DNA from: Polyangiaceae bacterium
GTDB lineage: Bacteria > Myxococcota_A > Polyangia > Polyangiales > Polyangiaceae
Assembly (NCBI GenBank): GCA_044376115.1
Contig: JBILLK010000024.1
Location: 1-64,000 of the forward strand
Length of the DNA stretch: 64,000 nucleotides
Direction of reading: 5' to 3'
The translations under genes and the position numbers were made by a program. The notes under the pieces are model-generated. The model was not told the origin of the DNA. It did no database searches and worked only from the letters and a program-made list of their open reading frames with translations. How positions within the stretch are numbered: the first letter of the stretch is position 1; each line of letters opens with the position of its first letter. Positions 41,048 to 48,842 of this stretch are shown here, piece after piece.

Positions 41048-41088
41048 CACAAAAAGGCGGACGGGCCGCATGTGTGTGCGACCCGTCC
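41048..41088 (-). terminator. Rho-independent terminator of the 6S RNA
   Basis: The minus strand reads GGACGGGTCGCA-cacaca-TGCGGCCCGTCC GCCTTTTTG. Confidence 0.85.
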
Positions 41089-41095
41089 ATAAGCG

Positions 41096-41274
41096 TCCCG
41101 CCGCCGCGTCCCGATCGACGTGGAACCCCTAGCAAGTTGCTAGGTGGGTGCCGGCGGGCTGCTTTAGGCTTCCCAGTGAAAAAATCTGGGCTTGCTCACC
41201 ACGGCCGAGGTGCTGGCTCCCGGGTTCGTGCTTACTCGGGATTCATAAATCGATGGGTTAACGACGGCGGAACG
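41096..41274 (-). ncRNA. ssrS: 6S RNA
   Basis: About 180 nt. The 5' arm (CCGCCGTCGT..CCCATCGA..GAATCCC) pairs with the 3' arm (GGGGTTC..TCGATCGGGACGCGGCGG). The central bubble is bounded by GGGAGCC and CGGCACCC, with a CCTAGCAACTTGCTAGG hairpin. It has its own promoter and terminator. Confidence 0.85.
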
Positions 41275-41280
41275 AAGTTG

Positions 41281-41308
41281 AGCATAGGGGCTTCAGCGCC
41301 TCAGTCAA
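41281..41308 (-). promoter_or_regulatory. Sigma70-like promoter for the 6S RNA
   Basis: The minus strand has TTGACT-N16-TATGCT, ending about 7 nt before the predicted RNA 5' end. Confidence 0.7.
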
Positions 41309-42764
41309 CCGAAGGTTGCGCTGCGGCGAGCTTGCTGCGTAGCGCCAGCTCGAGTTTGCCGTAGATCCCGCCGAAGGCACCGTTGCTCAGCAGTGCAACG
41401 TGATCACCGGGGCGAACCTCCGCGGCGATCAGCTCGACGATCTGCTCCACCGACGTACACGCTCGCGCATGAATCGAGCGCGCCTCGAGCTCCTTGGCGA
41501 GCGCCTGCAGATCCAAACGCTCCGCCTCCGGGATGTCGCTGCGACCGAGCGGCGCGAACAGCACCTCGGCCGCACTGCCGAAGCTCTCGGCGTACTCGGC
41601 TTGATGCAGCGAGCGACAAGCTGTCGCGCTGCGCGGCTCGAACACGGCCCACAACCTGCCGCCGCTCGGTTTGAGCGCCGCGAGCGTTTCGCGCACGGCC
41701 GTGGGGTGATGCGCAAAGTCGTCAAACACGCGCACACCGTCGATGTTGTAGAGCAACTCTTGCCGGCGCTTCACCCCGCGGAAGGACTCGAGAGCGCTCA
41801 TCGCGAGCTTGAGGTCGACGCCGTAGCCTTGGCAGCAGGCCGCGAGCGCCGCGAGCGCGTTGCGCATGTTGTGTTCGCCGGGCACCGCCATGTTCACGCG
41901 CCCGGCCAGCGAGCCGCCGACGTACAAGTCGAAGGCGCTGGTGCCGTATACCGGCGCGCCGCAAAAATGAGGCGGAGCCGCGGCCTCATCCGAAGCCAGG
42001 GCGTAAAAACTCACCGGCGCGCGGCTGGTCTGCGCAATTTTAACGACATGTGCCGAGTGCGCGCTGGCGACCAGCAGACCTTCCGGTGCAATGCGCTCAA
42101 CGAAACCACTGAAGGCGGCGTCGTAGGCTTCGGCGTTCGGATAGATGTCGATGTGATCGTGTTCGATCGAGGTGATGATCCCGACCTCGGGGCGGTAGTG
42201 CCAGAACTTGGGCGTCTTCTCGAAGAAGGCCGTGTCGTACTCGTCGCCTTCGACCACCACCGGCGTGCGGCGCGGGTTCTTGCGCGTGCCAGCGGTCGGT
42301 AAGCGGCGTGCGCCGGGGATGCGGAAACTGACGCCGAAGTTCGCTGGGATGCCGCCGATCAAGAAGCCCGGCGTGAGGCCGGCCTCGCTCAAAACGTGGG
42401 CGCACATCGCGCTGGTGGTGGTCTTGCCGTGGGTACCACCGACGACCAGCGGGGCGCGACCTTCGAGCACGTGCTGTGCGAGCGCATGCGCCATCGAAGC
42501 GTACGGCAGCCCACCATCGATCGCCGCGCGCGCCTCGGGATTGTTCGGCCGACACACGTTGCCGATCACCACCAAGTCCGGCCGCGGCTCGAGGTTCTCC
42601 GGCGAAAAGCCTTGCTTGAGCTCGATGCCCCAGGCCTCGAGCGCTGGGCCCATCGGCGGGTAGAAGGCCACGTCGGAGCCGGTCACCCGGTGACCCATCT
42701 CTTTGAAAAGACCGGCCAGCGCGCCCATGCCGGTGCCAGCGACGGCGACAAAGTGAACGAACAT
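41301..42764 (-). CDS. mpl: Murein peptide ligase (MurC-like)
   Basis: AGTGMGALA, GSD..FYPPM, GTHGKTTT, EGDEYDTAFF.K.PKF.HY, DDFAHHPTA, FEPRS and SNGAFGGI. Confidence 0.93.
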   Translation of the reverse strand: MFVHFVAVAGTGMGALAGLFKEMGHRVTGSDVAFYPPMGPALEAWGIELKQGFSPENLEPRPDLVVIGNVCRPNNPEARAAIDGGLPYASMAHALAQHVLEGRAPLVVGGTHGKTTTSAMCAHVLSEAGLTPGFLIGGIPANFGVSFRIPGARRLPTAGTRKNPRRTPVVVEGDEYDTAFFEKTPKFWHYRPEVGIITSIEHDHIDIYPNAEAYDAAFSGFVERIAPEGLLVASAHSAHVVKIAQTSRAPVSFYALASDEAAAPPHFCGAPVYGTSAFDLYVGGSLAGRVNMAVPGEHNMRNALAALAACCQGYGVDLKLAMSALESFRGVKRRQELLYNIDGVRVFDDFAHHPTAVRETLAALKPSGGRLWAVFEPRSATACRSLHQAEYAESFGSAAEVLFAPLGRSDIPEAERLDLQALAKELEARSIHARACTSVEQIVELIAAEVRPGDHVALLSNGAFGGIYGKLELALRSKLAAAQPSVD

Positions 42765-42820
42765 CCCTCCCCTCCTACTCGGCGTTGGCCTCGGTGGACA
42801 AAAAGCGGGACACTTGGCGC

Positions 42821-44752
42821 ATGCGCGCGACCACGTTTGCAGCCGGGTTTGCCTTGATCGGGGTGGTGCTGGTGTCGTGTGGAGACGACGGAACCGCGAC
42901 GTCTAACGACTCGGGAGGGTCGGCCGGCAGCGGAGCGACAGGCGGGGCAACGAGCTCGAGCGATCTCACCATCTCGCCGCCCACGGTGGCCGTCGAGCTG
43001 ACGCTGCTGGAACCGGCCGCGCAGATCTCCTTCACAGCGACCTCGACGCCGACCGGTGGCGTCGGCTCCGACGTAACGGCCCAAGCGGAGTGGACGACCG
43101 ACAGCCCTACGCTCGGGAGCATCGCGGCGGGCAGCTTCACGCCGGCGGGCTTCGCTGGAACGGCCACGATCAGCGCGAGCTACGGCCCAGCCACGGCCAG
43201 CGCCGAGGTGCAGATCAAGGTCGTGGGTGACGTCGTGATCGATGGGGAGGCGGAGGTCGTCGACGCCTTCGACGCTGCAACGCCCGACCCGAACGCGGAC
43301 AACGCACCGGCGCTCGAGTACCCGGAGGACGGCGTCGTATTGCCGTCCAATTTGCCGCCGATCGAAACGCAGTGGTCAGCCGGAATCGGCAACACGGCCT
43401 ATCGGGTTCGACTGCAAGCCGAGGAGCTGCTCGACGTCGCCTTCTACACGTCGCAACGCGAGCTGCTGCTGCCGCCTGCGATCTGGGAGACGATCAAGCT
43501 CTCGACCTTCGACTCGCCGATCAGCCTTTCGATCGATGGGCTCGGCCCCGCGGGGGAGCTGCGTCAGGGAGCGCCGCGTACGTTGACGATCAGCGCCGAT
43601 AGCATCGATGACTCGGCGATCTACGTGTGGCAGTCGTCGACCGGGAGCTTCCGCGTGCTCGATATCGCAGCGGGCACCGATGTCGCGCTGCCCTCCAATG
43701 CGCCGGCCCTTGCGCCAGGCCAACCTTGTTCGGGCTGCCACCGCATCAGTCGGGACGGCAAACGCTTCGCGTACTCGTTCAATGGCGCGAACTTCCAAGT
43801 GGGCACGCTGGCCTACGACGACAGCACGCAGTCCTTCTTGGAGACCTTCGCTCCGCAGCCGGGCGTTCGTGGGACCTACGCGACCTTCAATCCGCTCGAG
43901 GACCTCAGCGGCCCAGCGATGCTGCTCACCGTCCCCGACGACGTGCCGCAAAACACGGCGGGGCAGACGCGGGTTGCGTTGGTTCACCCCGAGACCAACA
44001 CGCCGCTCGCATCCAATCTCGCAGCGCGGCTCGGGGAGCTCGGGCTTGCTTCGACGCTGATGCCGGATTGGTCCCCCGACGGTTCCTTCGTCGTGATGGT
44101 CGCTTACGACTCGAACCAGAACTTCGTACGCGAGCTCGGAGATGACGTGGTCAACGCATCAATCGTCGAACTGCCGGTGACGTACATGGCCGGGAGTCAG
44201 ACGTTCGAATTCGGTCCGCCCACGGTGCGCGTCTCTCCGGCCGTCGGGAACCCGGATACCGCCGAGAACAACTTCCTACCGACCGTCTCGCCGGACGGCA
44301 GCGCGATCGCCTTCACTCGCGCGTCGGGCTGGTGGTCGATCAAGACGCAACAATCGCTGATCAACCAATCGGGGCAGATCTCGCTGGTGCGCCGTGAAGA
44401 CAACACCGTGCTCGAGCTGGTCAAAGGATCGAACGGCGGTGGCACGACGCTGCACAGCACCTGGCCGCAGTGGGCGCCGAGCGTCGGAAGCCGCTACCTC
44501 TGGCTGGCTTATTCGAGTCAGCGCCCGTACGGACATCGCCTCACCCCGGCGAGCCCCGAGAACGACCAATGCACGCTGATCCAAGGTCAGACGCAGTGCA
44601 AACAGCTGTGGGTCACGGCCATCGATCGCGCCGAGCTCGCGAGCGGAGCGATCGACCCCAGCCGCGCCCCCTTCTGGATCCCCGGCCAGACGCTCGCCGC
44701 ACAATACGTCAGCCCGCAGTGGGTGAAGGCCGTGCCGATCACGCCGCAGTGA
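42821..44752 (+). CDS. TolB-like/PD40 beta-propeller lipoprotein
   Basis: Lipobox LVSC, an Ig-like region, YPEDG..LP.N, CSGCH.ISRDG, PDWSPDG, PTVSPDG and PFWIPGQ. Confidence 0.8.
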   Translation: MRATTFAAGFALIGVVLVSCGDDGTATSNDSGGSAGSGATGGATSSSDLTISPPTVAVELTLLEPAAQISFTATSTPTGGVGSDVTAQAEWTTDSPTLGSIAAGSFTPAGFAGTATISASYGPATASAEVQIKVVGDVVIDGEAEVVDAFDAATPDPNADNAPALEYPEDGVVLPSNLPPIETQWSAGIGNTAYRVRLQAEELLDVAFYTSQRELLLPPAIWETIKLSTFDSPISLSIDGLGPAGELRQGAPRTLTISADSIDDSAIYVWQSSTGSFRVLDIAAGTDVALPSNAPALAPGQPCSGCHRISRDGKRFAYSFNGANFQVGTLAYDDSTQSFLETFAPQPGVRGTYATFNPLEDLSGPAMLLTVPDDVPQNTAGQTRVALVHPETNTPLASNLAARLGELGLASTLMPDWSPDGSFVVMVAYDSNQNFVRELGDDVVNASIVELPVTYMAGSQTFEFGPPTVRVSPAVGNPDTAENNFLPTVSPDGSAIAFTRASGWWSIKTQQSLINQSGQISLVRREDNTVLELVKGSNGGGTTLHSTWPQWAPSVGSRYLWLAYSSQRPYGHRLTPASPENDQCTLIQGQTQCKQLWVTAIDRAELASGAIDPSRAPFWIPGQTLAAQYVSPQWVKAVPITPQ

Positions 44753-44823
44753 GAGGGAGGGCTACGGCGCACCAAATCTTCCAGGCACAGGCAACTTTGG
44801 AGCTCGGTGGGTGAAAAGGAGGC

Positions 44824-45636
44824 ATGAGAACCCTTGGGCATCACCTAACGCTGCGGCTCGTCGAAGACGATTGGATCGCGCGCGAGGTTGCGGCGCGGCG
44901 CGCCTTGTCGCGGACAGTTTATGCGTGCGGGGACACACGCGGACTCCTTGCCTTTCGTGTGACGGACAATCACCTCCACGTTTTGCTCGAGTGCTCGCGT
45001 GAGACGGCTGGCCAGTTTGCGCGGGTGGCTCTTCCCGCTTTGCGACGGGTGCTTGCACTCGAGACGTCCTTCGAGTGCGCGCGGATTCGGCCGGTCACGT
45101 CCTTGCGCCACCTAGCGAACGCGCTCGCGTACGTCTTCGAGCAAGGACGACGGCACGACAGCAGCTTCGATCTTGCACATGACGGCAGCAGCCTTCCGGA
45201 GCTGCTGGGCCTTCGTTGCTTGGAGGTCACTCGCACTCTGCGACGTGTTCGCGCAACGTTTCCTCGCCTCCAGCGTGCTCAGCTCGAGGCCTGGCTCGGT
45301 GCGGCCGACCTTGGGACCGAGGCCATCGTGCCGGAGCTGGCCGTTCTCGCCGAGGCAGCGGCTGCGGCAGTTGCGCTGCCAAACCTCAATAACCGCGGCG
45401 TCACTGCGCGCACGGTAAAGTTCGCAGCCATTCGGGTGGGCCGCACTTGGTGGAGCGCCCCGGAGCTTCGCCAAAGCCTCGCGCTCTCTCGCAGCGCCTT
45501 TCATCGCGTAGAGAACCTCCATGTGCCCGCCGCGAAGGCCCTCGAGCGCGCGGTCCTCGGGCAACTTCACCTGCGCAGCCGCCTTGCGCGGGCGGCACAA
45601 GCTTCCGGATTGTCCCATAACCCGCGCTCGCCCTGA
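44824..45636 (+). mobile_element. HUH/Y1 endonuclease (RAYT / REP-associated tyrosine transposase-like), 270 aa
   Basis: N-terminal HHLTLR, HUH motif DNHLHVL, candidate catalytic Tyr in LANALAYV, a downstream SS motif and a helical C-terminus. RBS AAGGAGG. Immediately followed by palindromic repeats. Confidence 0.78.
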
Positions 45637-46017
45637 ACGACCGGCAGATATGGGACGCGTACGCGCCTGCAATGCCACGCTTCGTCCCATAACGCGCCTT
45701 CGCCCAGAACGACCGGCGGATATGGGACGTTCGCGGCCCCGCACGGCGCTAGGCGGAGCCAGTGGCGTCCCATATCGCCGGGTCGCCCGGAACGAGCGCG
45801 GGATATGGGACGGCGGCCGGCACTGCCCGGCACTGCGAAGACCGATCCCGGCACTGCCCGGCCCTGCGCGCCGATCCCAGCGCTGCGCGGCGCTGGAGGC
45901 GTCCCATAACGCCGTGTCGCCCGGAACCGGAGTGGACGGAATCCACGAGGTGGACGGAGTCCAGAGAGGTCTACGGAGTGCCTTTGGCACGACGTGAACG
46001 ACCCGCGGATATGGGAC
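45612..46017. repeat. Cluster of four 45-bp palindromic REP-like elements (45612-45656, 45684-45728, 45767-45811, and 45901-46017 interrupted)
   Basis: Each reads GTCCCATA-N8-TCGCCC(T/A/G)GAACGA-N8-TATGGGAC. Spacers are 27, 38 and 89 bp. Confidence 0.92.
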
Positions 46018-46055
46018 GTTCGCGGCCCCTCACCGCGCTCCATACACCCCGCCGG

Positions 46056-47153
46056 TCACGGCTTCGCGCCGACGCAGCCTGCTTCCTGCAGGTCGGTATC
46101 GCGGATGAACAAATGGCCGTTCAACCCTGCCACCTGGATGGGGGTCCAGCCCGGCGGGGTCTGCGGCTTGGGCGTCGGAACGAAGCTGACGCCCTCGCGG
46201 ATCTCACCAAGCCACACGGGTCCGTGCGCGCTGTCAGCGGCGATTCGAACCTTGCTCTGGCAGCTAACGCCATAGCGCGGGGTGAGTCGCTCCGGCTCGG
46301 CAGGCTTGCGGCCAATTGAACCGAGCGGTGCGAGCAGTCCGTGGCCGCTGGTAGGCGGCTTCGTAAGCGAGTTTGCGGCCACCCAGCCGGTGAGCGTTCC
46401 TTCGGGTGAAGGGACCTCGACGCGCACGAAGCCGCCGCGACGCTCGAGCTCGATCGCTTCAAGCGTGGTCCCGACGGGAGGCTTGATCGAAAAGCCACCA
46501 CGGTCATCGGGCTCCGGCGCAGACTGCAGCTGCACGCCCTCCTTGGCCAGCAGGTGGACCGCTTTGCCGGAGGAAGGGTCGAGCGGCGCTGGCGGCGACG
46601 TCGCGAGCTCGCTGCAGCGGAGCCGCTCCTCGATCGGTAGCAGCGAAGGCTCGATCAGGCTGTGGCGCATGAGCTTGACGACGACGCTGTCGGCGTCGAC
46701 CGAGACCAACTCAACCTGGGTCTTTCGATTCGGCGTCAGCATGCCTCCGACGAGGCGGCGGCTGGGCTGCACCCAGAGCGGGACCTTGCTCATGTCGACC
46801 AGACCTCGTGCAGTCGTACCGAAGCCATCGACCTCCGCCATAGCGATGCTTCCATCCCCGGCCGCGATCCGAAAGCGGGCCAGCTCAAAGTACGAGTTCA
46901 CCCAAACCGCCGAAAGGCCGACATCGGCGAGGGTCGCGTAAAGCCGCAGCGGCGGAGCTGTGCTGGGGGTCTGTTGCGCCTCGAGCTCGCACACAAAAGC
47001 GCCCAGTTCTTCAACGCGGCCAGCCTCCACGGGTGGCACCGACTCAACGCTGAGCGAAGGCGTCACGCTGGGTGTCGTGACGAGGCTCGGCTCGCCCGCA
47101 GCACAGGCCGACAGCGCGAGAACGCCAGCCCACGGAACTGCGAGTCTTCTCAT
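46056..47153 (-). CDS. Hypothetical lipoprotein with an SH3-like segment
   Basis: Lipobox LSAC and ERRGGFVRVEV....LTGWV. Confidence 0.65.
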   Translation of the reverse strand: MRRLAVPWAGVLALSACAAGEPSLVTTPSVTPSLSVESVPPVEAGRVEELGAFVCELEAQQTPSTAPPLRLYATLADVGLSAVWVNSYFELARFRIAAGDGSIAMAEVDGFGTTARGLVDMSKVPLWVQPSRRLVGGMLTPNRKTQVELVSVDADSVVVKLMRHSLIEPSLLPIEERLRCSELATSPPAPLDPSSGKAVHLLAKEGVQLQSAPEPDDRGGFSIKPPVGTTLEAIELERRGGFVRVEVPSPEGTLTGWVAANSLTKPPTSGHGLLAPLGSIGRKPAEPERLTPRYGVSCQSKVRIAADSAHGPVWLGEIREGVSFVPTPKPQTPPGWTPIQVAGLNGHLFIRDTDLQEAGCVGAKP

Positions 47154-47251
47154 GCGCGCATTCAACCACGCGGCGCATCGGCTCGCGACAGCGATGGTCA
47201 TTGACGTTGCTTTGCGAGGACGTGCGGCTCGCAGCAGGTGTACGGTTCGCT

Positions 47252-47851
47252 ATGGCCAAGCGCTCGCTCGAGTTCTTCTACGACTTCGCGTCCCCCTACA
47301 GCTACCTCGCCGCGACTCAGCTCGATGGCCTCGCCGAGCGAACCGGCGCCGAGATCATCTGGAAGCCGATGGTCCTAGGCGCCGTATTCCAGAGCGCGGG
47401 AAACGACATGCCGGCGAAGGTCCCGGCGAAGGCGCCCTACCTCTTGCGCGATCTCGATCGCTGGGCGCGCCACTATCGAGTCGCCTTCAAGATGTCGAGC
47501 CACTGGCCCGCACCCAGCATCGCCGCGCAGCGTCTCTGTCTCGTGGCGGACGAGTCGGGCAAGGGTGCTGAGCTCGGCAAACGGATCTTCGTCGCCATGT
47601 GGGTCGAGGATCGCGACATCAATAACGAGGCCGAACTCGGCAAGCTCGCAGCCGAGGTCGGGCTCGAGGCGGAGACCGCCCTCGCACGCTCCAAGTCGCC
47701 CGAGATCAAGCAGCGCCTGCGGGCCAACACCGACGAGGCCCTCGCGCGCGGCGCCTTCGGTGCGCCGGCCCTGTTCGTCGGCGACGAACTGTTCTGGGGC
47801 AACGACCGCCTCCATTTCGTTGAAGACGCGCTAGAGCGAAGCTCGACATAA
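47252..47851 (+). CDS. 2-hydroxychromene-2-carboxylate isomerase / GST-kappa (DsbA-like)
   Basis: FFYDFASPYSYLA, RGAFGAP and FWGNDRL. Confidence 0.92.
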   Translation: MAKRSLEFFYDFASPYSYLAATQLDGLAERTGAEIIWKPMVLGAVFQSAGNDMPAKVPAKAPYLLRDLDRWARHYRVAFKMSSHWPAPSIAAQRLCLVADESGKGAELGKRIFVAMWVEDRDINNEAELGKLAAEVGLEAETALARSKSPEIKQRLRANTDEALARGAFGAPALFVGDELFWGNDRLHFVEDALERSST

Positions 47852-47865
47852 CCGACCTGAGAGCC

Positions 47866-48759
47866 TCAGCACGCGTACACCACGGCCGCGCCAAGGGCGA
47901 TGGCGAGCCACAGCCCGATCCGGGTGCGAGCAGCTCTCCGCGCAGACGCCAAGGACCAGGTTCCGATCCGTGTTCCCGAGCCAAATACGAGGACGGCCTT
48001 TGCGTCGCGAAACGCGGGTGGCTCAGGGCCACTTTCGAGCGTGGCCGTTCCAACGACGCAGATCGCCGTACCCTCGCTGATCGACCACATTGCCAGGGGC
48101 GTGGTCAGGGCCTGGTGCGCCGAGATGTCGACGCCGAGTTCTTGCTTGGCTCGCTTTCCCAAGGCCCCGCCCATGCTCCACGGTCGCTCGCAGAACTCGA
48201 TGCGGGCAGGATCGACGAGGACTCTACGTTCATGGTCGCGAACCTCGAACCGCCCGGGACTTGTCCATCGCCTGCCCTCGTGTCGGGCGAGCCACGCCAC
48301 CGCCTCGAGCTCCGTGCCTGGCACACGCGTTGGAGCGTCTATCGCATGTGCCGCACCTTCGAACACAACCCTCCCGCGCGGCTCTCCCGTACGAGGTGCT
48401 GGTGGACCTCGCAAGCGAGCGTGCTCGACCAGCCCCGCAGCGAGCCCAACGAGCGCGACAACCAGCGCGACGACCGCGGTGCTGGTAGCGGTCGAGGTAG
48501 CGAGACACTCGCTCACGAGAGCGATAGCAACCATCGGTAAGAAGAACCCAGCCAACCCAGCCAAAGCCTTCGCTGCGACGCGGTGCTTCGCCAATTCATG
48601 CTCACTGCTGCTGCGCCACCCGAGGACCAATCCCGCCGCCATCGCTGTGAACGCGGGGAACAGCAATCCGACCCACCTCGAGTTCACCAAAGCGAAGCCA
48701 AGAAACACCGCCACAACCGCGACCAACACGGCATCCCGCTTGAGGCGATCAATCACCAC
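47866..48759 (-). CDS. Hypothetical membrane protein
   Basis: Four N-terminal TM helices, a soluble beta region and a C-terminal TM helix. Confidence 0.6.
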   Translation of the reverse strand: MVIDRLKRDAVLVAVVAVFLGFALVNSRWVGLLFPAFTAMAAGLVLGWRSSSEHELAKHRVAAKALAGLAGFFLPMVAIALVSECLATSTATSTAVVALVVALVGLAAGLVEHARLRGPPAPRTGEPRGRVVFEGAAHAIDAPTRVPGTELEAVAWLARHEGRRWTSPGRFEVRDHERRVLVDPARIEFCERPWSMGGALGKRAKQELGVDISAHQALTTPLAMWSISEGTAICVVGTATLESGPEPPAFRDAKAVLVFGSGTRIGTWSLASARRAARTRIGLWLAIALGAAVVYAC

Positions 48760-48842
48760 GGAAGGCTAACTCAGTCTTTGCTCGATCCAGTCGTCGCGTA
48801 GAGCTTCCCGGGGGCTTCACTCTTCGCCGTTGAGTCGAAGCT

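Noticed and set aside
45612..46017. CRISPR array
   Set aside because: The repeats vary internally, the spacers are 27/38/89 bp, copies occur elsewhere as a pair, and no cas genes are in the window.
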